Positions 22,601 to 34,935 of a DNA stretch of 64,000 bases are shown here, piece by piece; within the stretch, counting starts at the first letter, position 1, and each line of letters opens with the position of its first letter. Source of the stretch: Chara braunii. Its lineage: Eukaryota; Plantae; Charophyceae. The position numbers and the translations under genes were made by a program. Location: the NCBI GenBank assembly GCA_003427395.1, contig BFEA01000010.1, positions 2,559,202 to 2,623,201 of the forward strand, read 5' to 3'. The notes below the pieces were generated by a model. That model did no database searches and had not been told where the DNA came from. It was given only the letters and a program-made list of their open reading frames with translations.

Positions 22601-24519
22601 GAACTTATGGTAAGTTCATCCTCTTGACCGCAGTTCTTTTTTTATTGCACGTTTTTTCGTCAGTAGATGGCACACCTTTCCCCCACTGAAAATGCGATGT
22701 CCCCATCGCATGACATATTCTCACTCGGAGGTACGGAACCTTGGCCCACCAACTGAGGCAAGAACAACGGTCCACCTGCTCCTAGAAGGACGGGTGATCG
22801 GTCCTTCCTCGGCAGGTAACACCTCATCCTTTTACTTAGCCCGACCTTTTGGCAACACGAGACGAGCGTCATCACTGAGGTACCACCTCACATCTGGCAG
22901 GTAGGTCCAGTCCAAAACCTCCCAGCACCCCGCCTTGCCATAAAGGCATCTCTCGCGAACCATTCCTCCCGAGTGGTATTTTCTTGGATCCGGCCTCTTC
23001 CTTTCAAGAGAGTTGGGGCTCCCTATTAGTCTACGAGTCCAGTTACGAAGACCTCGCGGTTAATTCCGAAACGATTATAATGATCCGGCAGGGCGGTGTC
23101 AATGCCATATGGTGGACGCGGACGCTAACCGGTACATCGCATGACCCCTCCCTTTGGACAGTGCCGCTCAACTTAATGCGAGCAGCCTTGGTCTATCCCA
23201 AGCGGCCACGCTGCCCTTCTATGGTATGGCGTGTGGTTGGGGAGAGCAAATGAGACTAGCAAAAGAATGGTACGTCACCCATTTGGTTCCACACCCTTGA
23301 CGTTAGGCTCCTAGCATGAGGCGCAATTTGAACTCCCCGACTAGAGCTCGTTGTCGGAGTTAGTTCCGGACGGCTACCACCAATCAAAGAGAAGGATGTC
23401 TTGGTCCTTTAACCCTTATCCTCCCTCATGAGGAACAGGTCGCGCTGAGACTTTTCCCTTAAACAGTAAAGGTCCTGGGGTTGTGGTGCATGCGCCGGTA
23501 TCCCCCTCCTACTGAGGTCTGAGACGAGAAGAAAAACGAAATCATTCCAATGTTAATTTCATGTCTTTTCCAATCCACCTAGGGCCCCCTGATATGCAAT
23601 GCAATTTCCAATCCTCAAGCAATTCCCAATGCAAACTTCAGATCTCTCATGCTCAATCCATCTCACTCAGCCATGCAAGGGGACCCAAATAACAATTCTC
23701 AAAATGACCCTTATTAGGGACCATTTTTTCCATTTCCGGTCGAACATCCTTAACAAGGTCATTTTTATCCGTTCCAGTCGAGCAGCCTTGTTCAGGCCGT
23801 CCTTATCCATTCCAATGTTAGCGCCCAAGGGGGTGGGTCTCGAGGACACGGATCCCATCTTTGTCTTAGGGGTTAGAAGGTGACCATCTTTTACAGTTTT
23901 CTGCGCGCGATATCTCTTATCCTTTCTCAATACCATTTGTTGTTCCTCATGCATACACCTGGCTTAGTGTCTAGTGCTCGAGTTGAGGCTTGCAACCTCA
24001 AGCAGCACTTAGCCCACCCGGCCGTTCAACCATAGCGAAGGGGTAAGGACATCCTTTCTGTTCCACTCTTTCTGACCTCTCAGATTTCCTGCTAGTTTTG
24101 ACTCATTCATGACTCATTCGGATTAGGCTCCTAGGGAAGAGGGGTTCTCACGCCTCTTTACCCATAGGTCCCCTAACCTCTCTTGTACTCGACCGACACT
24201 CAATGTCTTGCTTAGCTTGTCAATCCACATTCATAGTCTATTTCCAAAGGTGCAACCTCTGTTTCATCCAAAGCTCACAATACAATCATCACAACTAGTC
24301 TCGTCTCCATACCCCCCTTGTCATTGTTTTGCACACAGTTTTTCGAAGGTAGCTCATCTAGGAAGTAGCTTCCAACTACTGTTTTCTAACTCATCATGAC
24401 ATAGCTCTGGCTAGTCCTTGTACCGCTCATTCCTAGTATGCATACTCATACTATCCAAACTTTGTCACTTCAATATTGCAAAAGAAAAACACAATCTTTG
24501 TTCAATGCCCATAACGTCT

Positions 24520-25471
24520 AGTCCCTCTCGTTGTCATCTATCTTATCTCGCTTGGCCCCTTGCTCGTCCTGTCTTCCTGTCGACGCTTTGACCCCCAAGC
24601 CGGAGACCAGGATTCTTCGTAATGTTTCACAACTCCCTTTCGTTGTAAAAGTCCAAAGGTGTGGCTGTCACTCTGGCCTCCATCAGTTCGCTGGCCTTGA
24701 TGATCCAGTCGTGCTTGATTATGCTAACCCATTGTTCAAACCAATGACTGAACGTTGGTACAAACTCGTCTTCCCATCTAAAGGTTCCCTCTTGTGGCCT
24801 GCTTGTAGAAGGTCGCCCTTCTTCTCTGGGCCTTGAAATCTCACCATTTTCATCCCCACTATTAATATCAATGACCTCCTGCACTTCTTCCTCCTCGTCC
24901 TCATTCTCTTCCCTTCGTACGGGGCTGAACTCACCCGCGAAGTTTTTCGGATTTAGGTTATAAGGGATGTCCGTCCGCCTTTCATATCCTTCCCTAAAGT
25001 CTGCATATCCTCCCTCACAATTCTCGTGGCCGCTTCGTTCGCCATGCGGGCTCTCTCTTTCTTCTTCCCCTTTTTCACATCAGTCATTCATATTTTGTCT
25101 TTCATCGCCCTCCTTGTACCATTGCTCATGCTGTTTACACCCCTCGGCCTCCTTCTCGGCAAAAGCCTTAAGCCTTTCTTGTCCCAATCCGCCCCTTTCT
25201 CTCATACTTGCTCTCTCTTCCTCGCTCTCACTCCCTGATGAGATTTATATTCCTTTTTCCTTTCGAAGAGGCGAAGGTCCTCTACACACTTGTTTTCTCG
25301 CTCCTCTGCCCACTACTTGTTTGGACAGGTACCCTATATACAATTTTCTCTTTATAGTTCTCCGCTCCCCACTTGGTCTGGTTTTTCCTGCTCGCTGGGC
25401 CTGTTGATCACATTGTTGTCGTTCTCGTTGCCGAATTTCATTCTCGCTTTTTTAAGGCTTCTTCCCTGATC
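24520..25471 (-). pseudogene. Degenerate extra ORF downstream of pol (unknown function)
   Basis: Charged protein-like reading (IREEALKSENEIRQRERQQ ... EVIDINSGDENGE ... FRWEDEFVPTFSHWFEQW) broken by stops and frameshifts. Confidence 0.45.
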
Positions 25472-25893
25472 CTGTATAACAAAACAACACCTGTCGAGCC
25501 CCTCATACAAACATTCCCCCAGTTTGGTAGGAGATACCTTCCCCCCCCCCCCAGCGTGCTACCCGAATCCCTCGTACAAAGCCATATTATACATCGCCCC
25601 TCCATACAGATGCCGCAGTTGCAATGACCCCATCATCCCCACAAAAACTATGGTACAATGCTTCAGGCAGCCTTTCCCACTACCAACCATCCCTTATATA
25701 CACAAAACCAATGGCACAAGGGCCCCAAGGCATCCCGCTTCTCATTTTCACTCAACCCAAGCCATTGCCCCCCTCCCAAAAAAATGAAAGCCCCACAGAC
25801 ATAGTTAGAGACAAACCATAGTGTGGGCAAAGCTACCGTCAACTCTCAGTTTATAGACTCCTCAGTTTCCTTATCATGGGCCTCCCGAAGCCA

Positions 25894-26345
25894 TTATTCC
25901 ACTGGGTTCGGACTTAGAAACCTGACCGGTCGTTGCCCTGGGAAGGATCCTTTCAATCCCGTTCCATCCAAATCTTCCAATTCGATGGTGTTCAGTCTCA
26001 CTCGCTTAGCAACCCAGTAGGGGCCTTTGAACCTCCTCCCCAGTTGCCCAGACCATGTGCTTTCCAGTGTCGAGTTTCTAACCAGTACCATTTCCCCCAC
26101 CTGAAGGGGCTCTTTCTGGATATTCTTAGACTGGTCCCACCTTGCTTTATCCCTCATCCTGCTATCCAGTACCCGATTGACAATATCTTTCATGACCTCC
26201 TCGTTTCTAAGGACCTGTTGACATCGCGCCTCAATTAGCTCTTCCGTGGTCAGTGAGGATCATCATCTAACTTGTTCTAGGTAGGTATCAAGGCTTCCAC
26301 AGTAAAATCGATCTCTCTTCCGTACCAGAGTTCCGCTGGGATACA
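25894..26345 (-). pseudogene. Integrase C-terminal part with GPY/F motif
   Basis: CIPAELWYGREIDF ... EPLQVGEMVLVRNS...RRFKGPYWVAKR. No chromodomain before the stop. Confidence 0.85.
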
Positions 26346-26353
26346 TCTCGTTG

Positions 26354-26492
26354 CTGTGTTACCGCGCGTTCAATGAATTAGCGTTTCTCGTTCATGTTTT
26401 GAACGCGTTGAACGCGCGTTCATTAAATGAGGCTAAACACGTTGAACGGGTTTGCACAGGCGCCACAGGGTGCAGAGGTGTGGGTTGAGGGT

Positions 26493-26525
<33 letters not shown>

Positions 26526-26629
26526 ACGTGTGTGCGTGTGTGTGTGTGTGTATGAGAGAGAGAGAGAGAGAGAGCATTGCTGGCCCGCTGGCCCTCGGTT
26601 GCAGCCCGTTCCTGCACGCTCCTGCTGCA

Positions 26630-26688
<59 letters not shown>

Positions 26689-26918
26689 GTGGCATTTTAC
26701 AGTAGTCGCTCGAATGCATGTGGCGGAGTTAATGGTCCGGATACATTCATAATTCGCAGTCTGACTATGAATTTCCAATGTAACGGGACCATTACCTTTG
26801 CAAACACAGAGAGAGAGAGAGAGAGAGAAAGAGTCAGCGCGTTGCTGCCCACTCCCGCCCCGCCCGCTGCGAGCTGCCCACCTACTGCAACGGCAATGCA
26901 GCCCGTTCTCACTGCAGT

Positions 26919-26975
<57 letters not shown>

Positions 26976-27464
26976 ACGGTAGTAGCTTATAGCTCGAATG
27001 CATGTAATCCAGGTAATTGTCCCAATACATTCGATATTCACTAGAATGTACTGCACCTTTACATGTGCCACATTCGTTCACAGCTACCACTGGCGCCCAC
27101 TGCCACCCCGCCTGTGCTGGAGGTAAGGGACCACATACATTCAAAATTCACAGTCTAACACGGCCATATGGCAGACTCTCTCTCTCTTTGCGCCTCATGG
27201 TACTCATATTGATTTGATGAGCAAAATTGAATGAATCTACAGTCAGAACTTGGAAATATACACTTCCAATTTTTTTTTTTTTAATGAACCGAATCCCCTA
27301 ACCATAGTCCGGCATGCGCGCATGCAGATGGGCGGGTTGCGTTCAACTGATTCGCGCCAGGTGACGCATGGCGCATTTGAACGCTTTTGAACGCGCCCCT
27401 CCGCCGTTTGAAAGCGCGCGTTTGAACGTGAATGCGCGTCCGGTGCGTTCAAATGGTTATACAG
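26354..27464. mobile_element. Non-autonomous hAT-like DNA transposon (1111 bp) inserted in the integrase
   Basis: 8-bp TSD TCTCGTTG at 26346-26353 and 27465-27472. TIRs CTGTGTTACC / GGTTATACAG (8/10 match). Subterminal GCGTTCAA/TTGAACGC motifs at both ends. Internal (TG)n, (AG)n and (CT)n tracts. Confidence 0.85.
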
Positions 27465-27472
27465 TCTCGTTG

Positions 27473-28140
27473 TCCACCTAGGCGTTATGTTCTCCGAAAA
27501 GACAGCCTGCTTAAGGTATCTAAGCCAATTCCCCAGATCGTTCGCCGCGAGTTTCGCAATTGTGTTCTTGAAGGTTCGGTGCCCCCTTTCCACTGGTGTA
27601 TTGGCCTCAGGGTGATATGGCTCGATGAGCTTGAGAGGTACGCAGAGCCTTTTAAGCCTTCCCAACACTTCTTCATTTACAAATTTCATTCCATTGTCTG
27701 CTATAAACCTCTTGATGAAGGGATGCCTCATGTAGAAATCCTTTATCCAATTTGCTATAGATTTCCCCGTCTTTTTCTTGAGGGTTGCCACCTCCACGAA
27801 CCCACTTAAGTTGTCTCGTGCATCCATAATATACCTGTATCCGTCCGTCGATACAGGCATGACCGCAAGGTCAAGGTGGACCAGATGCCCCGTCCCTAGC
27901 ACCCGTGTTGGTCTAAGCGGCTCGAAGACGCGGGCCGAGCTCCGTTGTTGACAGATCAGACAGGTTTGACAGTACATGGCCACCATACCCGCCATGCCTG
28001 ACCAATAATAGAGAGGTGTTATTTTTGCAAGGGTCCCTTTGGACGATCGATGTCCCCCTGCTAGTCCGTCGTGCATTGCCTGGATTACGTCCAACTGCCT
28101 AGACCTCCCACGTACGACTCTCCAAGGCGTAACGTCTTCC
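27473..28140 (-). pseudogene. Integrase zinc-binding (HHCC) and DDE core
   Basis: HDGLAGGH...CQTC; LVHLDLAVM; FIADNG; PYHPEANTPVERGHR. Confidence 0.92.
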
Positions 28141-28689
28141 TCCCTCTGAACAAATGACCATTCCTTACAACGTATTTTTCAGCCTTCTCCCTTGCCTTAA
28201 GGTTAACCTTCACGGGCTACTTGTTCCCTACGAGCAGTAATCCAATTTCTCGAAAGATCCCTTCATACATCTGAACATAGAAAAAATATTTTCCTTCTTG
28301 ATCCTCACCCCGCTCCTCCTTCATCTGTTTTACCATTAACCGCAACTTTTTTCGCTCCCAAGAATCTACTAAACTCATCACGACTTTCCGGTCTCCCTCA
28401 ACAACTATTGCTATCAGTTCCTCCCTTGGACCTACTATCGCTCCTCACGAATCCTTCTCCTCTTTGCGTCCTCGTGTGGTGGTTGACCCTTCTCTAAGCT
28501 CCGCAACTAATGTAGGTGCCCCTTTCTCCAAAGTATGAATCAACAATTCTCCCGACGTGTATGCTTCGCTCATCATTTCGTTATCCACTACAAGGGTTCC
28601 TCCTTCGTATTCAAGGAACGATTCGATACGTTCTGCATCCTCCACTCCTTCGGGGGTGATGCAGACCCGACTTAGCCCATCGACCTTGT

Positions 28690-29070
28690 TTCTGAGTCTA
28701 GATATTCGTTCAATCTTGTAATCGAACTGTCAGATGAAACCTACCCATCTTCCAACCATCGGATCTATAGGCTTGTAATTTTTTATAAGCCCCTGCGACA
28801 TTGGTCGGATCGATCCTTAGGATAAAACGTCTCCCGAATAGGTAGGCTTGGAAGGTCTTGAGGCAATGTAGAACGGCTAGGACCTCCTTCTTGAACTGGG
28901 AGTATCGCCATTCAACAGAGTTCAAGGTTCTACTTTCAAACCTAATTGGCCTTTCTTTCCCTTCCTCACATTTCTGTATCAGAACTCCCCCTACGACCAA
29001 GGGTCCTCCGTCCGTCTCGCGAATAAACGGTCGTCCAGCTTCATCGTTAAAATAGGGCAATGTCAAAGTG
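28690..29070 (-). pseudogene. Ty3/Gypsy RNase H domain
   Basis: PFIRETDGGPLVVGGVLIQ...RPIRFESRTLN..E.RYSQFKKEVLAVLHCLKTFQAYLFGRRFILRIDP. Confidence 0.9.
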
Positions 29071-30228
29071 ACTTGCTCCGATGTCAGTACATCCTTGAGG
29101 GTTCAGACGGCTTCCTCTCGCTCCTCAGTCCAATCCATGGTTCCTTCCTCTCTGATCATGGCGCGGATAGGCTCGACAATTTTGGCAAAATTTTTAATAA
29201 AAATCCTAAAAAACCCGACCACGCTTAAGAATGCTCTTACCTCCGTCGTCGTCCGCGGGGGCGTTGGTCATTGAGATATTTTCTCGGTCTTTGTCGGATC
29301 CGGCTTTCTTCCATATGCGCTATAGCGAAATCCCAGTATGGTTACCTCTGGAACCGCCAGAATACTCTTTCGTCCGCTAGCCGTGATATTGTACACTAGG
29401 AAGCAGTGGAGTAAGTCCTTGATGTCCTGTAGGTGGTCCCATACGAATTTTTGAATTTCCGACTGAACTTTCGTCTCGTCCTTCTCCTGTGCACCTTTGA
29501 TCGGGTTATCATCGATGTAGGGTTCACATTTCTCTGGGAACATGTCCCCGGCTACCGCGAGCATCCTCCTTTGCGCTTCGGCTACTGCGTTTGTGAAGCC
29601 CATAGGGGTTACCTGCATCTGCAACTGTCATACGAGAGTATGCATTACGGTATATGGTCTGTCCACAGCGTCCAATGGGAGCTGGTCGTACGCTGAATAC
29701 AAATTTATCAGGGAGTAAATGCTCTGGCCGGCGTGGGACTCTGCCAGCAAGTTGGCCTGCGGTAGTGAACCGGCATCATCCCGGATGGTCACTTCATTCA
29801 ACTTTTGCAGATCTTGAATCCACATCAACGTCTTGTTGGGTTTTCGAAAGACGAACTATCTATTTGCATACGGAGACGCGGTAGGTTCTGCGACGAAGGA
29901 GTTCATTTTTACTCTAAGTAGGTTCCGTCACTTCTCCGGCTATCCCGAACTCGTAGGTTGACCCTTTATCATTCCAGCACTCATGCTCCACTGTGTGGAT
30001 CCTAACCGAAAGGATTAGCTTCGCATCTAACCACCCCTTCTGATGATCACTAAATGCAAATGCCAGATGAAACTCCTGACACGTCCTCTTGATCATGAGG
30101 GTTTTTTCTTCCGTTAAGAATCCCTCTATTCCTATCTTCATGGCGTGAGCCACCTCATCCGGTATCCGATGTCCTTCCACCGCTCGCCTTTCTCGGATTA
30201 CTCGAAGAACCTCTTCTTCCTTTTCCAT
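29071..30228 (-). pseudogene. Reverse transcriptase (frameshifted)
   Basis: WIQDLQKLNEVT, YSLINLYSAYDQLPL, TPMGFTNAVAEAQR, PYIDD, then FLSVVGFFRIFIKNFAKIVEPI. Confidence 0.92.
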
Positions 30229-30620
30229 AGCCTCCTCCTCGGATGTTTCTATCAGTATTGAGATCGGTTTAGATTTCTTCCCTACTGGTTTGTACTGTCG
30301 AACACTTCCTTTCGGGATCTTTCTCCTAAAAAATGAACGGTCGGGGTTGCCCCTGTTGTCTCTGCGACCCGAGGTTGAATACTTATTACCTTTTCATTCA
30401 GACAGTATCCCTTTTGTACCTCCTCTTCAAATTTGACCAGCATCCTCGAGTCCACCCCTATTCTGTGATATTTGATAGCTTTTATGAGTTGTAGCAAGTC
30501 GGGGATTTCGAGTGCGATTTCTGACGTCTCCCTCAGCACCTCTTTCGGCTTGGGCAGACTGATTCCACGTTCAACTTCCGATTCCGTTTCCACTACCATG
30601 ACCCCTAAGGCCTCGTCCTT

Positions 30621-31082
30621 CTACCTGCTCTTCTTCTGAGGCAGACCCATCTTGATCCATTCTTTCTTGTTGAATGCTTCCTCAATCATTATTTCTATTT
30701 TTTCTCTCATTCCCTCCATTCGAGCGAAAGCCCCCTTTCGAGCACTATCTTCAAACGAAGGCGACCACGTCGCCAATTTTCCCTTAGGAGAGTCTCCTCC
30801 GGTCCCCATGAGTCGGAGGAACTCCCCACGGCTAGTTACCGGGTCCTCTAAGTCTACCATATACGTTCCGTCATGCAGATGCATCCCTATCATTTCCACA
30901 TTGGCGCACCATGGTCGCCCAAGGATTATATCGTGGTCCATTTCATCTAATACGGTCATCCGTTGAAATGACCAGATCGACTCTCGGACGCCTGCCTTGA
31001 CCGCACATTTGGTGACGTATCCTGAGAACGGGATCTCGCCACCGGCCCCTCGGATGCTCCCCATTATTTCCTTGTTAACGAC
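30621..31082 (-). pseudogene. C-terminal half of aspartic protease (catalytic Asp segment deleted)
   Basis: GSIRGAGG flap and DHDIILGRPW motif are present; no D(T/S/G)G upstream. Confidence 0.8.
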
Positions 31083-31709
31083 GGCTACCGGCTCAACTTC
31101 TACCGCTGCTATCTCTAATCCATTGAGGATGATAACGGCGCGCCACATCCCTCGAGGCCAGTTTCAGTTTACTCGTTCTCCCCGAGGTCCGAATATTTCC
31201 TCTTTAGTGAACTGGTGCATCTCCTTTTTATAATATCATGGTTGAGCTTTGGGAAGGCTCGCACAAAATGTCCAATCACGGTGCAGTATCGACAATGCTC
31301 ATTAGCAGGATCTCTCCGATTGAACTCTCGGTTGGCCACTCATGTTGGGACTACCGCTTCTTGGGGAGGAAGGGAGGGTCGGGATACTTGTGCCTGCATT
31401 ACCATTAGCGCGTTTTCCACCCTCTCTATCTTATTGTCAACTCCGTACACGCGCTCGTGTAGGCTCTCGATCCCCCTTTTCACCTTGTCTCCCATCTTGC
31501 CGGTCAAATGTATGACTTCTCCTTCCTTAAGCAAGGCCAACATCTCGGTCATTAACGTTTTTTTCGGCAAACTCAGTTACCGTACTGAAATCAACATCCC
31601 TGGTCGTCCCCCTCCCCTCTATGGCACGTTGTCGCGCCCCCACTGCTTCAAGGGTCTGGTTAGATGTTCTTCCCTGGACCGAGCTCCGTGGGTTGGTGGA
31701 CTGGCAGGT
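31083..31709 (-). pseudogene. gag fragment with degenerate CCHC zinc knuckle
   Basis: Coiled-coil-like segment (IESLHERVYGVDNKIERVENAL), then HCRYCTVIGHFVRAFP. Confidence 0.75.
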
Positions 31710-32205
31710 TGTCACGCAGGATTTTGATAGGTATAGAATAAAGGTGTATTCAGGAGCAGTCTTTGTCACACTTAGTCATACAGCCGAGTAGTCAGGGTTA
31801 TCCCTCCTGCCAGCGGCGACACGACTTAGAGTGAGGCGTTCGGGTTTATCGCCTGCACCTGACCCCGTATAAAGGTTAGATTCAAGGTCATCGGAGTCCC
31901 TATCATCTAGGAGTCCTTCAAGCTGCCTTGAGTGTAACCTGTGTATCATAGGGAGGAAAATAGCATACATACATCATAGAGCAATTGACATTGACAGAAT
32001 GAGAAGACCAGAAACCAGACTCTGCAAGAGCATGACCAGAGATACGAGACTGAAGAGTAGTACACAGTGTATGCAGGGAGCAGCCATCGGAGGGTTGCAG
32101 TCACTAATAAATAATAATAATGTCGTGATACATCATAGTGACTAAAAAGAGAGAACCTCAATCAATGATGATAAGTGGTACCCCCTTGTGAGTAAGTGCT
32201 GTTGT

Positions 32206-32566
32206 CTAGGACTCCATATCTGGCACCCGCTGGTCCCCCTCGTCATTGAGAACCCATGTGGCAATCGACTTTGGAACCACATAGCTGATATCAAGAGGCG
32301 CTGCTGGATCAATCTTGCAGATATAGGTCATGCATCTCGCCATCTCCTCGTCTGCAACGCTCCTGAGATAAAGCTCCTCCGCGAGGGTGATGTCGCTCGT
32401 AGCTCCAATCAATATCTCAATCCGTCCTCTCCTATCAGCATAAATGTAGGAAACCTCAAGGAAACGATCTCCGTAAAGAGGCTTCAGAAAAGCCGAGCAT
32501 ATCCGGCCAGATCCGGAGGAATCGAAACCTCGCAGATCGTTGTACGCGCAGCGCAGATGGGTACTA
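32206..32566 (-). other. Exon-like open frame of unknown function
   Basis: ~120 open codons preceded on the - strand by a pyrimidine-rich tract and TTTTCTAG acceptor. No recognisable domain. Confidence 0.3.
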
Positions 32567-34344
32567 GAAAATGACGAAATTTGAATCAAGCTAATGCTAT
32601 TGAACAAAACAAAAATCAAAATAAAAAACAACTCAAGAAAGGAGACACGAGTTCATTCATCGGCATACATACATATATATGAAACAAAAAATCCGAGATG
32701 ATTTACAAATAAATCTGAAACTGCCGCAACAAAATTGGCCAAAGTTGGAGTCAAAATTTCACAGAAGGTGGGAAGAAAGGCATTGTTCCACCATATCCCC
32801 GTTCCTCTTTCTCCCTCTCTCTCTCTCTCTTCACTTTTCCGATGCGGGCAGTCCGTCGCCCCGCACCTCCCAACCATACAGAGTCGTCACCCCACTTGGC
32901 CCGAGCATGCAAGCCAGGCTCGCCCTCATGCCACAGTCCTTCGCGGCCATGCGTCAACCCCTCATACTCAGCATCAGCTAGTCGGATCGCTCGACTCTCT
33001 ACTCACCGTCTCTCTGCTCGTTAGCCGATCCTCTCCACCGCGCTAACTCCGACGTAGATTAGAGAGTCAATTAATCACGCTTGCAGAATTTATAACTTGT
33101 GCATCAATGCACAATAACCGGGATTGCCAGAGAGGAATAGGAGAAAGGAAGGAGGCAATGCCTACGGCTGGTGGCTGGGCCGCGGCGTGGGGGACCTAGC
33201 CTCACTCCACGCTTCGATCCAGTCATGCACCGATCTGGCCAAAGAGATAGGGAAGGGAAAGTGCACTCAGCAACGCCGGAAAGAATATCAAGAAAGGGGA
33301 GATTACAGTTGCATCTGCGTAGGTGCAGCAAAGCGCGCGCAAGCAGGAAGGAGGGACAAACCCAGGTGCAGCAAAGCCTCCTTCGCCCATCCACCATAGC
33401 CGTAGGCACAAACCCAGGTGCAGCAAAGCGCGCGCAAGCAGGAAGCGATGTGCAGTTACAGACAAAAATTACGAGGCACCCAATTTCCTAGTCTANNNNN
33501 NNNNNNNNNNNNNNNNNNNNNNNNNNNNNNNNNNNNNNNNNNNNNNNNNNNNNNNNNNNNNNNNNNNNNNNNNNNNNNNNNNNNNNNNNNNNNNNNNNNN
33601 NNNNNNNNNNNNNNNNNNNNNNNNNNNNNNNNNNNNNNNNNNNNNNNNNNNNNNNNNNNNNNNNNNNNNNNNNNNNNNNNNNNNNNNNNNNNNNNNNNNN
33701 NNNNNNNNNNNNNNNNNNNNNNNNNNNNNNNNNNNNNNNNNNNNNNNNNNNNNNNNNNNNNNNNNNNNNNNNNNNNNNNNNNNNNNNNNNNNNNNNNNNN
33801 NNNNNNNNNNNNNNNNNNNNNNNNNNNNNNNNNNNNNNNNNNNNNNNNNNNNNNNNNNNNNNNNNNNNNNNNNNNNNNNNNNNNNNNNNNNNNNNNNNNN
33901 NNNNNNNNNNNNNNNGCAAGCAGGAAGCGATGTGCAGTTACAGACAAAAATTACGAGGCACCCAATTTCCTAGTCTAATTAAGGTCCTAATTGCAAAAAG
34001 AAATTTCGAGAACCCGCGCGGACTAATCCCCAATTCAAAAATTCCGACGGAATTCCCCGCGCGATTGTCGCGCCAAAAAAGACGAACTTTTGTTGAAAAA
34101 GAAAGAAAAGAAAGAAAAGAAAAGAGAAGTTCATAGCAGACATTGTTCCCCTGCGCTCACTAAGGCGCGGGCCAACTACCCCGAAGTTCACAACCCCCGC
34201 CTTCCTTCTATCGAAGGACCAAGAACGTCGAAAAACCAAGAAGGAGGGACTACCATGCAATTTATCCCCGATCCTTTTTATGTACCCCCTCCCCACCCCA
34301 ATACCGGTTGCGCAGAAGATGGCGCTTAACAGAAAAAGAGCTTG

Positions 34345-34935
34345 TCACAAGGTGGAGCGAGCTGGATGGCTATGGTGGATGGGCGAAGGAGATGGAGGAG
34401 GGAGGTGGTGCGAGGAGGATGGCTATGGTGGATAGGTGAAGAAGACGGAGGAGGGAGATGGCGTGAGGTGGATGACTAAGGTGGATGGGTGAAGAAGATG
34501 GAGGGGGGAGATGGTGTGAGGTGGATGGCTATGGTGGATGGGTGAAGGAGATGGAGGAGGGAGATGGTGCGAGGCGGATGGCTATGGTGGATGATGAAGG
34601 AGATGGAGGGGGGAGATGCTGCGAGGTGTATGGCTATGGTGGATGGTGAAGGAGATGGAGGAGGGAGATGGTGCGAGGTGGATGGCTATGGTGGATGGGT
34701 GAGGTGGATAGCTATGGTGGATGGTGAAGGAGATGGAGGAGGGAGATGGTGTGAGGTGGATGACTATGGTGCATGGGCGAGGTGGATGGCTATGGTGGAT
34801 GGCTATGGTGGATGGTGAAGAAGATGGAGGAGGGAGAGGGTGTGAGGTGGATAAGTATAGTGGATGGGTAAAGAAGGCGGAGGAGGGAGATGGTGCGAGG
34901 TGGATGGCTATGGTGAATGGGAGAAGAGGATGGAA
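34345..34935. repeat. Purine-rich minisatellite, 52-53-bp unit, ~11 copies
   Basis: GATGGAGGAGGGAGATGGTGCGAGGTGGATGGCTATGGTGGATGGGTGAAG units at ~34391, 34444, 34497, 34550, 34602 and onward. Confidence 0.9.

Larger units (their letters stand above)
18246..31709 (-). mobile_element. Ty3/Gypsy retrotransposon family A copy 2: degenerate gag-pol plus long 3' region, truncated at both ends
   Basis: Domain order on the - strand is gag, PR, RT, RNase H, IN (Gypsy order). The 3' region is homologous to copies 1 and 3. Confidence 0.9.

Noticed and set aside
21190-22627. Long ORFs spanning N runs (also 33323-33978, 36079-36434, 56269-56869)
   Set aside because: Their length is an artefact of translating N as X.
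33434-33977. 62-bp exact direct repeat flanking the N gap
   Set aside because: Identical sequence on both sides of a gap is best explained as an unmerged contig overlap.
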